A DNA stretch of 64,000 nt from Camelus dromedarius (lineage: Eukaryota). The DNA is taken from the NCBI RefSeq assembly GCF_036321535.1, contig NC_087436.1:107014001-107078000 (forward strand). The letters run 5' to 3'. Positions 12,738-26,179 of this stretch are shown here, piece by piece (position 1 is the stretch's first letter; every line of letters starts with the position of its first letter). Made by a program: the position numbers and the translations under genes. A model generated the notes under the pieces. The model saw nothing but the letters and a program-made list of their open reading frames with translations. It was not told the origin of the DNA and searched no databases.

Positions 12738-13050
12738 TTATCATTCATTCAACAAACATGATTTAGCGTCCTGTTGGGTTCTGAGTATATACCAGGGAAC
12801 AAGATCAGCCTGGCTGCTGCTGTCATGGAACAAGTCCCTAACAGTCAATTATTAATGTGACAAGGGTTATGAAGAAGTGTGGGAAGTTATAGAATGAATA
12901 ATGCAAATACCTGTTCTGATCAGAAGTTGGAAAGAAAAGTGATCCCAAAAACTTAAACCTGAATTATGCATAATTTTCCCAAGAGACAGGCGAGCGGGGA
13001 TTTTGTGGAAGGGGATCTTCTCAATAGAGGAGGTGGCATGTGAAAAGATT
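12738..13050 (-). mobile_element. L2 3' fragment
   Basis: Starts with 'tcattcattcaacaaaca', followed by 'gaacaagatcagcctggc...tcatggaac'. Confidence 0.6.
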
Positions 13051-14029
13051 ATCTTGGATTTCTTTCTATATTTCTTCTCTTCTAGGGCTTAAACAGAATT
13101 CTGGGGCCCAAGGCAGAAATTAGTGCCTCAGTAGCTATTTTTATGTTCTCCTAATCTTTCTTTCTCCCAGGCAGGGCTCTCTGTGTCAAAGAAACCAAAA
13201 TATATATTAGCTTCTGATGATGGACCCTACACATCAATTTATCAGACAGAAACACATGTAGCCTCTAGCTGGGACCTCCCACTAGAATTAAAATATAATA
13301 GTTATTGAGTATTTCTGAGAAAGAAAGGTTGTGAAGTTATTACAGAAAAGGTTTTTTTGGGGGGGACTTAACATTAGAAAAAAAACAATCAATAATCAAT
13401 AATAATTTTTGTGAGTCTACTAGATATTTATTAGTATTCTATGGTCTGAAATTAACCAGACAAATACAAGATGCCATGTTTGAGTCCCCAAATATTCATA
13501 TTTTGGGCTATATTTATCTACATATATGTGTATTCTTTTATTTTAAAACTTTATACACTATATAAATATATACCTAATTAATTATTAATTAATATATGCA
13601 CTTTAAAAATGTATATTATTTATATATAAAGCTTTCCCTTCTGAGGCCTTAATTTGGAAAATTGAATTTGTTCTGTTCTATTATAAATCCTATGCTTGGC
13701 CTTCTAATATTCTTTGTGAAAACTATTTGACAATAACAAACTTGTTCTCCTTTAATCCTTGGGACAAACAGTAATTTCTATTTATTTAAGTCTTAGTTTT
13801 CTGACTATTAATGTGCAAGGGGTCATATTGTGAAATAAAAGCTTAACAAATGCCCTGTTTGGAATATCAATGAGTTACTTTTAATCATTACAAGGAAAAT
13901 GCAAAGATCCTTTGAAAAAGTAAATACTAAACTGTCAGAAAACTCATTTGGAAAAAAAGAAATGAAAAAATATTCATTTGAAGCTGCCTGGCTTACAGCT
14001 TGTTTTAAGGCATGGCAGGGCAGATATAT

Positions 14030-14212
14030 ATCTGGAAGGAGCCTTAGAGCTTCTCAAATAATAACATCCCTTTACCATCACTCCCTTCCACAGATAAGGA
14101 GACTGAGACCAGGAAAATCAGCACCAATCCAAAGTCACGCATCAAATTTGATGCAAAGTCAGGCATAGAATCCATGGCTTTCGACTCTGATTGATTGCTC
14201 ATTTCACTATTC
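14030..14212 (-). mobile_element. MIR SINE
   Basis: MIR core 'acagataaggagactgagacc...ccaaagtcacgca'. Confidence 0.7.
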
Positions 14213-14609
14213 TATGGTTTATCCCTGATAAACAATTTCATCCCAGAAAAGTGTTTATGGATGTGGTGAAGCATTAAAAGATTTTTTTAAATAATGGGTT
14301 GGTGGAGTGGGCACTCTTTTCTTGAAACTTTTCCTCCAGTGGCGTTGTCTGCCCTCTAGACCACTGCACACACTCACCTACTCATACATACAAATACAAA
14401 CATGCATAGCTGATGGTGAGATACTAAAAGATGACACCATCTCTCAATCCTTGTCATTCCACAGGAAAGAACCTAGTTCCTTGCACATAATTAAGTTGAA
14501 CAGAAGTTTTCTAAGCACATTTTAGCATCCCTAAAACCCCCAGTGCACATGTTTTATATACTGAGTTTGCCTTTACAGTCTTTTCATTTGTTTTATTTTG
14601 TCTGTTTTG

Positions 14610-14815
14610 GTATTTTTTTTCTTTTTTTAGTTGAAGTATAGCTGATTTACAATGTTGTGTTAATTTTCTGGTGTACATCATAGTGATTCAGTTATGCATA
14701 TATATTCCTTTTTATATTCTTTTTCATTATAGGCGTTACAAGGTGTTGAATGTAGTTCCCTGTGCTGTGCAGTAGGACCTTGTTGTTTATTTTATTATAG
14801 TAGTTTGTGTCTGCA
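14610..14815 (-). mobile_element. Young L1 3' end
   Basis: Poly-T followed by 'tgaagtatagctgatttacaatgttgtg...tctggtgtaca...agttccctgtgctgtgcagtaggacc'. Confidence 0.85.
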
Positions 14816-14993
14816 TATTCATCCTCTCTCCTATTAATGTTGGGATAGGTAGGCTGTCTGGTGTGGGCAAAGGAGTTCAGAAATTAAAGTCAGACAAGTC
14901 TGGGTCACAGCATTTACTTAAGTTTTACTACATGTGCTATATTAGAGAAGCTAATACTATAACATTAAGCATTCAGTTCAGTAAGTAGATTAT

Positions 14994-15478
14994 TGTATAA
15001 TCGGGTGACACCATTGCTTGGGCTGCCAGTCCATGTGCCCTAGGGCCTTACATTTCTGTGCACACCAGCTTGACTCTAACTCACATCTTTATGTAAGGGC
15101 TTATGTACACAGCAGACTGATGGTGCCCAGGCATTCCCTCCTACCCACCAACACCCTCACGCCATTAGCAACTGCCCTTCAAACCTGTGACAAGTGGGTC
15201 CTGATGTACAAATTAACCCAGCTCCCTCACCCTCCAGGCGAAACCACTCTGAGACATAAATCTGATGCTGATTCCCAGAGTTCCTCAGCTACTTTACATC
15301 CCAGTTGCCAAAATGGTAACTTGCGTGAAGATGCACACTTTATTGGGTTTCTTCCCTCCACTGACTCGTTTCTCTGTTCCCCTACCAGAGTTACCTGGAC
15401 TCAGCTTCATAATAAACTATTTGTACTCAAGTTGTTGTATCAGGGTTTGTTTCTGAGTGAACCTCAAAGAAGGGGACA
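14994..15478 (+). mobile_element. ERVL solo LTR (LTR16 family)
   Basis: TG...CA ends. The 3' part 'aataaactatttgtactcaag...tcagggtttgtttctgagtgaacc...gaca' matches the remembered LTR16 terminus. Confidence 0.75.
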
Positions 15479-15479
15479 G

Positions 15480-17040
15480 ACCAGCAAACAGGCCATTACA
15501 AAACAAAGCATCAAGTGCTCTAAGAAAATTAAGAGTGGGATATTATGGAAATACTTAATACAGATTGTAAGGGGCTTTGTCCAAAGAGGAGTCCCTGGTA
15601 TAGGTGGTATTTAAGTTGGATTCTTGAAAGTAGAAAGAGGTTAGCTAGACAAGAAAAAGATGGAGGGTTCCAGGAAGAGGGATTTACAAAACAAAGTCTT
15701 GGAGGCAAAAGATGGTGCGTTATGTTCAAGGAACTGAAAGTGGTTAAGTGTTCAGAATAAAAGCATGAGAACGATGGTCAAATGATGAGAAGGAAGCCTG
15801 GAGAGGCAGGCAAGGGACCGGCCAGAAAGACTTTTGTGAGCTAAGCCAAGGAGATACTCCGAAAGGCAAGAAGATTAAAGAGGCATTGTGGGAAGTTAAG
15901 CAAAGCAGTGATATGATCAGATTTCTGTTTCAGAAAGATTCACACATGATAGCACTGAGGAAAATGGATTACAAGGATCAAGATAAAAAGCTGGGAGACC
16001 CATTAGGATCCTGTGGCAGTAATCCAGGTAGGAAATGATATGAATCCAAACTAAGTTAATGTAGAGAAAAAGAAGAGAGAGGACGGATCTCAGAGATATT
16101 GTGTGGGTCAAATCGACAGGACTTTTTGAGTAATTGACTATGCAGGGTCATGGGAGAGCTAGAATTTGAGAATGACTCCAGGCATCTGGTACTGGTGACG
16201 GAGTCAACTGATGTAACTGAGGTGGTGGGCACAGAGAGAAAGGTAAGTTCAGAAAGTCAAAAGGTGAATGCAGTTTGGATAAGCTGAGAGTCATATGCCA
16301 GTGGAAAATCCACATGGAATTACAGATCTGGCCTAAGAGGAAAAAGAAGCTAGATCCAGAGATGTAGAAATAGAAGCTGCCCTCATACAAAGAAGTGATG
16401 CCTTAGGAATGATTGCAGCCAACTTTGGGGAAAATGCACAGAGAAAACACATGTGGTTAGTATGTAACATGGTGAATGCCAACATTTAACAGACCGGCAG
16501 AAAGAAGAGTTCCATTAGGAGACCGAAAAATTGGCAAGAATAGAGATGCCAAACATCTCGCAAAAGGATCACCAAAACCTATTCTTGTGTCCACAGCACA
16601 TAGAGTAATTTATCCCAGACCTCGTTCACATTGTGTCCCGATTTAGCCTAGAATCTTCCTCAATTCAGCACACTTGGAGTAGCAAAGGTCATTACTACTA
16701 TAAAGAACTGTTATGTGGATTAAATAAGATAAATATTTGAAGCACTTAGCATACCGTCTCATAAATTGGCCAGAACCTAGTAAAAGATACATATTGAATG
16801 CAGAGAATTTGGTCGTAGGAGATAAGAGTGGAGGCTAAGGGAATTCTGTTCGAAAAACCTTTATTTTCCCTGAAGTAGGCATCCAGGCCATCTATAGAGA
16901 GGAACAGAGAATGTGGTTGGGGAGAAGCATGAAGAAACTGGAGACAGTTCCAGATAGCTATTGTAGGACGTGGATACGGGGCTGACAAAGGACCCACACA
17001 GGAGCTGCAGGCAATTGCTGCAGACCTGGGTGAGCCCAGA
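15480..17040 (-). mobile_element. Long fragmented L2, interrupted by a hAT MITE and a MIR
   Basis: Antisense L2 motifs: 'tatgttcaaggaactgaaag', 'ggcagtaatccaggtaggaaatgat', 'gaatgactccaggcatctgg' and 'tgaagtaggcatccaggccatct'. Confidence 0.7.
16541..16685 (-). mobile_element. hAT-Charlie MITE fragment (MER117-like)
   Basis: TIR-like 'tagagatgccaaa' and internal 'agaatcttcctcaattcagcacacttggagtagc'. Confidence 0.5.
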
Positions 17041-17105
17041 CGCCACAGATGACTTATCCTAAATCAGAAGTTTTGAATCACTGTCTCATTCTCCTTCAAA
17101 TGTGA

Positions 17106-17106
<1 letters not shown>

Positions 17107-17153
<47 letters not shown>
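17107..17153. repeat. (AC)n microsatellite
   Basis: Directly visible. Confidence 0.97.
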
Positions 17154-17155
<2 letters not shown>

Positions 17156-17199
17156 TTCCTACATTAGAAAAAAGGAATAAAGGGGAAAAAGCTCATAGA

Positions 17200-17400
17200 T
17201 AAAATGATCAATATGCTAAGTATATTACATAGATTAAATAAACTTCACAGAAACTACACAAATAGGATACTGTCATTTCCATTTTTCCTATGAATAAACT
17301 GAGGCTAAAGATTTTATATAAATCCCCCAGGATCACATCTGTAGTAGCTGGCAGAGCTGGGATGGAACCAGGTCAGTCTAGAGCCTAAGTCCGCACGATT
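17200..17400 (-). mobile_element. MIR SINE
   Basis: 'ccatttttcctatgaataaactgaggct...caggatcacatctgtagtagctggcagagctgggatggaacc'. Confidence 0.75.
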
Positions 17401-17779
17401 GGCAGACGCATGCTTATTATTCCACATCGCCATTTTTTGATAATTGCTGATGTGTTTCAGCTTCTCTCTTCTCTGTTCTGACATTTCACTACTCATATTG
17501 AAGGGAATTCCTTCACAGCCAGTTATGAAATAGACACTAAACTGCTGTTACTGATTTCAAACCAGCCTTTGTTGTCATGTTGTTTTTTTCTTCTCATATA
17601 GTTGTCATGTTGTTTGATCTACTTCAATTGAAGTTGATTTGAATGCAAAAATTAGAATAAATGCCTTTGTCAGCAGTGATAAATATCCCAAAACAAAAGA
17701 CATTTTAATAACAGTTTAATATTCACATGTATGATTCTTTCCTCTGTTCTCTGTTCACCCTCCCCTACGCCCTGCTCTT

Positions 17780-18445
17780 CAAGTGAGTCTCATTTCTCCC
17801 AGTAACTGTGTTCTATAAAATCTCCACAAAAACTGAAGTGATGAATACCGAACCACTGCTCCTAGGAGACATATACGAGGTTAGTTTCCTATGAGACTCT
17901 GGTCACAATATTTTTGTCCACCCATCCATACATGACCATGTTTCCTGTGCATTTCTATTTAAAAATCCCTTATTTCATAAGGTTGTTGTTTCATTAACAT
18001 TGAACTCACAGCCGACTGCACTGTAGCTCCTGCCTGAATTTGAAGCTTAGCTGAGACATGTAATTTCTCCATAAGGGACATCACAGCCTCCTTGCACTGA
18101 GGAACACTAGACAGCACTATGCTCGGAGATCATTTTAAAAGGTGAAATCACCAAAAACAAAAAAAACAAAAAAAACAAAAAAAAAACCACAGAAGTGTGA
18201 AAACTGTGGCCCTACATGGACCACAGAGAGGACACATTTATAGTAGGAGAGCTGAGACAAGAAGGCGGAGCCTCACCATGTGAGACTTAGCTCGAACATG
18301 GGCAACTCCAGTTTTCACCACTCTGTGAGAAATGTTTGTGAATGATCCAAAATATGCCATGAGTATTGATGATGGGGTTTCAACTACATTTTAACAAGTT
18401 GACGCATTCATAAATACAAAATCTGTGAATCACGAGGATTGACTC
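17780..18445 (-). mobile_element. MER82 (TcMar-Tigger) DNA transposon, near full length
   Basis: Contains 'gctcctaggag', 'ctctggtcacaa', 'ttcattaacattgaactcac', 'catcacagcctccttgcactgaggaacactagacagcact' and 'gagctgagacaagaaggcggagc'. About 665 bp with decayed TIRs. Confidence 0.85.
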
Positions 18446-19526
18446 TTGCATGTGTGTCACTAATTTAAAAGCTATCCCAAGTGCCAGCTAATATTTCTTT
18501 ATGTATCAGAAACTGCCGCATGCCACTAACAGAAAGGACTGTGTATTGATGGAGAGTTCCATGTGAGGTTTCCTTAGGAAAGGATCCTTAGAAAAGCTTG
18601 TGAAATTTGGAAACTACTAGAGAACAGACTCAACATTTGAACTGTTTCTATTTTTTTCTTTTAATAATATGCTTCCTTTGAACTGCCTTCTTTCAGTTAA
18701 TTTTTAAATCTTTGTGTCTCTTTCAACAGCAGAATGTCAAAGGACATCTGCATTCTGTGCACATAAAGCCAAAGTACAACACTGGACTGGAAATACCTCG
18801 AAATTTGTTTAAAGCGTTTCTACTCTTGCCAGAACACTAGACGCTAGTTTTTTTGCTTCTATTTTTTAAACAGTGGCTGTCAGGACACACTAATATACAT
18901 TTATAACCAACCCTTTAGCTGATGACCTTTCGGTTTCTTCAACAATTTGCCTGCCACAGTCAGAGGCCCAATGTCTCTGGAGAGCAGATAGGGTACAAAT
19001 TTTACATCAGTGCATCCCCTCCCCTTCAAAAACAGAGTGTCTTGGACTATATTCCTGGGCTTATTGTTTTCCTAATGAATCATGTTTCATGTAAAAATTG
19101 TAGCAACTCTTTGGCTGCAAAACTATTGTAGAAGCCGTAAGTGTTTTGAGGTTCTCAGACATTCTCAGATATTCAGATATTCTCCCCAGATAACAGAATT
19201 ACCATCCAGTCTGCCAGCAGTCCCCAGCGTCACACGCCACAATGCAGCCAAGTTATCTTCTTCTGCTGCATCTTGGGTATATAATGGTCAAATTCTTTCC
19301 ATCCATTGCCTAAATATTTTTGTGTCAAAATAAATTGTATTTCCATTAGGCCTTGATGCTTAAAATCTCTTTTCAAGAACTCTATCCTATAGCTAGTTTC
19401 AGCGAGTATGGCTTTTATGGTAAAAGCCACTCCAAGTATATTTTTGGAGCCCCCAGTATTATTGGAAGTTATCAGTCCTCTGCTGTCCCCTCCCCAAACA
19501 CGGAGGTATTTTCATTATGAACAATT

Positions 19527-19560
19527 CAGCCCTCTAGTGGAAGGATGTGAGCATTGCAGC
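19527..19560 (-). promoter_or_regulatory. CTCF binding site with upstream (U) motif
   Basis: The minus strand reads GCTGCAATGCTCACATCCTT-CCACTAGAGGGCTG. The core fits CCASYAGRKGGC, and TGCAAT starts 18 nt before the core CC. Lies in unique sequence. Confidence 0.6.
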
Positions 19561-20094
19561 TTGAGCTCTGACGAATAGCTAAGCTTATGGGCTGAAAGAA
19601 CATCTACAGACTTTTTTTTATTATAAGATTCCCCCTTTTCTGCTGGTTTGTTATTAAATATAAACCCAATAGAGAAATCTCTTTAAAATGTTAATTTGCT
19701 TTCTTATGTTTATACACAGGGAAATGCTTAGAGCTATAAACAGGCAATACTAGTATATGAGCACTGACTAATAGATTTCTGTTTACTCTCATCTCCATTT
19801 TTCCCTTGTTTAGACTCAAACAGCAATTGATTGGGAAAATGGTCTGTTGTACACTTTACAGAGTTAAACAACAACGGAGGAGGGTTCTTTCCATATGCTT
19901 CCTGTAAACAGTGAGGTTATGTTAAAATCCACAATTTGGCACCAAAGGCAAAGACTGCTCAGCTAAAATAGGTTATAATGGGAAAGATAATGGTAATACT
20001 GCCGATGAATACCAGTAGCTATTGTGTGAATGATGTTAAAATTCTGATTTCAGCTCTGATATTGTGACGTCCTTGTCAATAAAAGTTGGAACTG

Positions 20095-20495
20095 AGAAAT
20101 GCTTCCAAGATTTACTAGCCCACAAGCCTTGAGGGGTGAAATAATGTGTCCCAAGTCACACAGTTAGTTCATGGCCAAGCATGAGTCCACTTCTCCTGAG
20201 TCAGAAGTCTGTGACTCTTCCTAGCACACAATCCTGATAATCATGGCACAACTCTGAATTCAGGCTGAATGAGTTCAAATTTTACCTTGACTGTGGACCA
20301 TCTGGATGATCTAGACCTGATCCTGAACCACTCTGCACCTTTCTCATCTGTACAGTGAGGGTGATGGGGATGCCCATCTCAGAGAAGTTTCTGCAAGAAC
20401 AAAAAGGAGATGCTGCAGGAAAATTACTTAGCATAGAACACGATGCACAATGAGTGCTCAGTATGGGTTGACAATCACTCCTATTAGTACTATTA
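20095..20495. mobile_element. Two adjacent MIRs in opposite orientation
   Basis: Minus copy 'cccaagtcacacagttagt' (about 20100-20230). Plus copy 'tttctcatctgtacagtgagg...tagcatag...gagtgctcagta' (about 20240-20495). Confidence 0.7.
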
Positions 20496-22952
20496 TTACT
20501 CTGGGCTTTTCTCTCTGCTGTTTTGGGACGTTCTAAAAACAGAACTGCTTTTCATTCCCAGGAGTAAATGAATATGTAAATTAGGGGAATTTAAGTCTTT
20601 GTTTTTTATTCCATTACTCATAAGTATTTCAGTACTATGAGAGCATTATTAATCTTACCCTTCATTTATACAATAATATAAGGGTGATAACAGCTGTTTT
20701 AAGAGAGGATTTTGATTTTTTTTTCAAGAGCATCATAAGCATTGCCTCTATTAAGCCAGATTTGTAAAATAATTCTACTATAATTTAGATACTATGGTAT
20801 ATTAGAAACCAAAGATTATAAAGTACAAATGAGATTTTTTTTCTTCTGCTGACATCATAACAATTTTTACAGAGCCATTATCATCTGAATGGATACGGAT
20901 GTCATGCAGTCATTATCCTCAGATCATAACGAGGTGGACCATTAGTGCCTCCTTTGGAGACCTTATGGTCTGAGATGTTAATGAGCCTTTGGGGAACCCT
21001 AAATCCTGGGATGGTTGGCAGGGTACTCCAGACCATAACAGAACCTTCTTCGCAATGACAATGGATCCTGTCAATTTCTATTAAGGAGCTCCTTAATTCC
21101 CCAATCATTAAGGTAGTGGAAGGACTTATTATACTAGCCTATAATTAAGGAAGCTTTCAGCCATAAATCCCTTCTGTAGAGTCCTTCCTTTTATTCAATA
21201 TGGAATGATTAAAGGGTAAGTCTCCCACAAGAGAAAAGATGGAGACAACTATCCATCTCGGGAAGACTTGCAGGATAAGGATTCTCTCTGGTTTCCCTCA
21301 ACACCCCCCCAGCCCCTGCCCACTCCTTTGTAAAGGCGCAGAACAAGTGAGGCCCCTTAAGAGGCCTCCAGCAACTGTTCCAGTGGGCACCTCTCGTCAC
21401 ACTTGTCCTTTGGATTGGACGGCGTTCTAGTTGTGTGTGTTAGGCACTGGGACAGAGAAACACAAGTTTGAAGCGCTGTCTCTGCCCTTAAATCATTCAC
21501 AGTCCATTGGAAAGAGTGAATGAGAAAGGGAGAGTAATGGCCTCAGAAGTCAAGGCAGCAGTGCGGAGAGGAACTGGGGCAGAACTAGAGTGACTTTCTA
21601 ACAACGGGCACCAAGGGTGTGTGGTATGAACTAAATGAGAAAATACGTGGGGAAGGTGGTGCCTAATGAGCACTCTAGCCCATTTCAGAGGAGGACAAGT
21701 TCAATGGCAACAGTTTAGTATCAATCTATTTCTTTATGCCTCAGTTTCTCAATAGCTAACCGGAATAATACCATCCTGCTATTAACTGTTACCAGAAGAT
21801 CAAATGATCAGGCTACATTTGTCGTTATTTTCTGAAAAAGGACATAATCCCTGGCATGCTAAAGTGATAGGTGCTACAGAAATATTCAGATAGGGCGATG
21901 TACAGGCTACATTGCAAGTGAGGTTTACTATCGTAACCCAAAATTTATTGCTCAAAAAAAAAAAAAAAAAGCGAGGGAGCCAACTAGGGACAGAAATTAT
22001 GTGCTGCCATAAAAATCAAAAATGAAAGAATCCAACCCGTTGACCTTGAATGTACAGAAACTTGAAGTTCCCTCATTCTTTTTGATAATCCTGGACTTTT
22101 CATCTAAATTTCATTCGACCTCAAGCAGACCTGCATTTGGCTTATTACTGAAATTTCACTGCTGAAATTTTCCAATGTAAGAAGTTTTCTAATCGGAAGT
22201 TAAATTTATAGGAAATCTCCACTATATTGAAGAAGAAATAAATGTCTGCTTCTGCATTTTGTGCTTTGGGAATTTGAGTTAGTTTTATTGTGATGTTTCC
22301 GAATCAGGTCTTCTTCAGGATTGCAAGGGAAAGGATCACACAGGACTGCATCTCTGAGTGAGAGCCCTGAATGAACTGAACATTTATAAAGGGGTCTGAG
22401 CTTTTCTGTAAGTTGTTAATAAGAACATCTTGGGTTTCTGTCTCTTCTCTCAGGTAACCGGTGCTTTAAGGGCATTCAGAAACCAAGGTCTATGATATGA
22501 TATTTGAGACTTTCTTCATTGTTCCATTTAAGTTCCTTGAGGCAATTCATCTTTGTGGTTGTTGTTGTTTCTCCTTTGCTTATAATCACTTCGTATTTGA
22601 CTATCATGTCAGGGAAATCTGAGTAGCTCAACTGAGCCCTAAAGATAGGTGTGGCAAGCGAGCTGGGTTTGAACATTTTCACCTTTGCAGGGCATTTCGG
22701 TAGCATTCCTCAAGTTCACCCATCATATTCACTCCTCCTATTTCTCATAACAGGGAAGGCCCTTTAAAATACTGACCACTGTCCATTGTGCTAACTATGC
22801 CCAGTGTGAGCACACAGCCTTTAGGCCACAAAGTTGCTTAAAAAGAAATGTGAAAAGCAAGAACAACCATAACCACAGTAAAAAGGAGTGGGGCACCTGG
22901 CTTCTTGCTTCCTGACTGTTTCCTTCCTATTTCCTGGGTCTTGAAGACGTGA

Positions 22953-22986
<34 letters not shown>

Positions 22987-22988
22987 AC
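22953..22988. repeat. (TC)n(AC)n compound microsatellite
   Basis: Directly visible. Confidence 0.95.
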
Positions 22989-23751
22989 TCCACATATGGT
23001 TTTTCTTCCCTCTACTCACAGCCCTCACTACAAAAGGACAGCTCTGTGGAGAGAGGCTTTTATTTAGACAGCCAGAGAGCATTTCAGAATTCCATCAAAT
23101 ATCTAAATAAGCCCTAGGTTTACACAAGCTCTGACTTACAAACCATCTTCACCTTAAAGGAAAGCCTTGTACGCTAACAACTGCACAAGCAACCTCCATC
23201 TGCATTATCCTAGAGGGCGCACCCTTGTCTCAGTCGTCAGATGTGGGTGACGTGCATTTATGAGAAGTATATACCGGAGCTGTGGAAAGATCTGACATTA
23301 GTCCCAGATCAAATTAGAAATGTAATAATAATAATAAAAAACTCAACCAAATATAAGCCCTTGAAGGGCAGATGTAAATTGGATAAGCTTCATTTTTACA
23401 AGACTAAGAAGAAAGAATTTTGAAACAGGAATGAAAAGCAGAATGCCTCCACTCTAAGTTGCTGCTGAAGGAAAAGGCAGACTGAAACCTGGGCTGCATG
23501 GGCTGCTTTTCTTGTTTATACAGGAAGGCATCCTCTGGGCACTCTTGGGACACCAGGAAATTACTAGTAAGAGCCACATCCCCCTCCAGGAGGTTTCCAG
23601 GTGTACTAAGAAGAGAAGACACTGGGTCAATGGCTTCAACCTGGATGCAGGAAGGAGGTAGGATATAGAAGCTGATCTCCTGCACAAACACATGCCTTCC
23701 AACTTGTGTGGGAAGGAAGCTGTTTTTTCTTTTCCTGGAATGCTAACACTC

Positions 23752-23962
23752 TAGCAGGTGCTGCCCAGTAGAATTCTCTGCAACCATGCAATGATTGTGC
23801 CTTTGTTCAGTCCAGTATGACAGCCACTAGCCTCGCCTGGCTCTTGAGCTCATGAATCCTGCTTCAGCAACTGAAGAAATGAATCTTTCACTTTATATAA
23901 CATACATTTAGATATGTAAATAGTCATCAATGTCTCGTGGCTACCATATTGGACAGCATAAC
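23752..23962. mobile_element. MER3 (hAT-Charlie)
   Basis: 'gtgctgcccagtagaa...cagccactagcc...actgaagaaatgaat...gtggctaccatattggacagca'. Confidence 0.8.
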
Positions 23963-24009
23963 TGTAAGAGGTAAACATCATTACAAAGACTTACTGGACC
24001 ACAAGATAC

Positions 24010-24180
24010 TGTGATGATCTCAACACCTGCTCTGAGGAACTGCGGGACCTTGAAAGGCTTACTTAAGTGCTCAAAGCCTCAGCTCTTCATCTATAAAGTG
24101 GCTAAAATCATACCTAGTTCTTGAGGTTGTGAGGACTATGTAAGATACACATGGGTTAGTGCCTAGGGCCTCATACATAA
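24010..24180 (+). mobile_element. MIR SINE
   Basis: 'gaccttgaaaggcttacttaa...gcctcagctcttcatctataaagtgg...gttgtgagga'. Confidence 0.7.
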
Positions 24181-24189
24181 TGTCCCAAC

Positions 24190-25030
24190 ATCTCTGATAG
24201 ATAGGTCTGAGTCTGATTCTGATACTTGCTCGGTTTCTTTAGACAGCGCCTTTCGACTTTTAGTATGCCTTGTAATTTTTTCATGATAAGCAAACATGAT
24301 GTACCAGGTAAAAAGGTCTGTGGTAAATGGGCCTTTAGTAATGTGGCGATGAGGTGTGGAGGGAGGGGAGGTATTCGATAGCCCTGATTTAGTCTCAGCC
24401 TTTCAGTGATCCTGTTTCCTCTGGACTGTGAACTTCACACATGCTTCTCAGTACCCACCCCAGACCACCCAACCTTAGGTGGGACAGGATGCTAGAGTGG
24501 GCTGGGGTTGGATATTTCTCTTCCCCCAGATCAGTTAAGAGTTGATAAAATCTCAGTAATCTAGGCTCTGGTCTCTCCTGAGGTCAGTACTTAAGAAGAA
24601 CACAGTGCTCTAGTGTATTTCAAAATAGCTATTTTTCCCTTCCCACTGCTGGAAGCAGGAGGGCACCCTTCTCTGATATTCACTATGAAAACCTTGTCAA
24701 GCTCTCAGAGGTAAAACTCACAAAACTGTGAGGGCCCCTAAGACTGGTCCTCCCTGGAGTTTTTGACTATCAGATTTGTCTGCACTGAGTTTTCAGCACT
24801 TCAGCACTGATTTTCCTGCACTGATTCCCACAGAAGTTTTCACTCTGATAAGTAGTGATTCTCCATATATACATTTCTGTCTCTCCCATTTGGGGGGCTA
24901 GTGGTCTGTCCTGTGATCTCATCTCTCTGAAGGACCTAAGAGTTGTTAATTTTTCAGTTGGTTTACCTTTTTACTGTTGTTGGGACAGAATGATGACTTC
25001 CATGATCTAACATGCCCAACCAAAAACTAC
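24190..25030 (-). mobile_element. Ancient L1M 5'-region fragment
   Basis: 'ttttagtatgccttgtaatttt...ggcctttagtaatgtgg...ggtaaaactcacaaaa...aagagttgttaatttttcagt' resembles antisense L1MC/MD 5' sequence. Confidence 0.6.
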
Positions 25031-26179
25031 AAGTCTATATTGTATTGATGTATGAAATTGGACAATGGAAAATAGGAGAGGGGAGGGAGAGGAGAAATTG
25101 GTTGATGGCAAGGGGTAGAAATAGAAGGAAGGGGATAAGAGATATAAGGATTATAAGGAGAAGGAGAGGGATGGAGAGAAAGGAAGTAAAAGGGAATGAA
25201 AGGAAGAAGAAAAAAGAAACACAAGAAAAAAAGAAGAGGAAAATGTGACCCACCACAATGTTGGACACATAGTAGGCACTTAATAAATGTGAGTATCCCT
25301 GCCTTTCTCTTGATGATTCCTCACAAGACAAAGAGGAAATGTCCCTCTCCCCACCCACTGTGCCACACTACCTGTTGGTTCCTTACAGCAGGAGCATGCC
25401 TTCCTTGGACTATCCATGTTCACCACCTACAGGAAGGGTCAATCATTCTAGATCACAGATAAACCAGGTGTCAGATGGAGAAGGTGCAAGAATATGCCTA
25501 AAGACCTTCAAGATTCCATCTAACCCAGAGGTCTTCTGACTAAAGTGATTAAGTAACTAAGTGCCAGTTGGAATTAAACCCTGTGACAGCTGTCGTCACT
25601 TCGATATAACAACCCCACTCTGGACCCATTTACAATTCCACCAATTCAAATCTCAAAGGAGACCATATTAAGCCATTGTCAATCAATAAGAATTTGGCAT
25701 GGATCTAATGACCAGAATGTATTTATTTATTCTTTTACTTGCCAAATAGGTACTGAGTGCTCACTCTACACTAGACAATACGTTAGGAACTAAGGGTGTC
25801 ATGGCGTGACAATGTCTGCAATTACTTTGTTCACTGAGCTCAGATGGCAGAGAGAAGAGTCTGGGCACAGGACAGGGAAAACATGGAGGCCAGGCCTAAA
25901 GAGGAAACTTTGGAAGATCCACTGGCTTATGGAGAAAAGATGGAGGAGCCAAAAAGTCAGAAAGCGAATCTCAAACAAATGATTGGGTACCTACTGAAAA
26001 CTGTCTATGTAGGATTTACAGCTGCATTTAAGAACGATACTGGCTGGATCAAAAAAAGCTAAAGAGAGTTTGCATTCAGTAAAATTTGAAAAGCATAATT
26101 AACAGTAAATCAGCATCCCAGATACAGACAAAAGTTTAATATTTTTGTCTGACTAAGGATGACTCTCAAAAACAAAGGC

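Noticed and set aside
15018..15614. Longest ORF (198 aa)
   Set aside because: It runs through an LTR16 solo LTR into an antisense L2, starts at TTG and has no recognisable domain.
23207..23220. CTCF-like ATCCTAGAGGGCGC
   Set aside because: The first three core positions mismatch the consensus. Too weak.
25012..25358. K/R/E-rich and F/L-rich ORFs
   Set aside because: They are translations of a purine-rich low-complexity tract.
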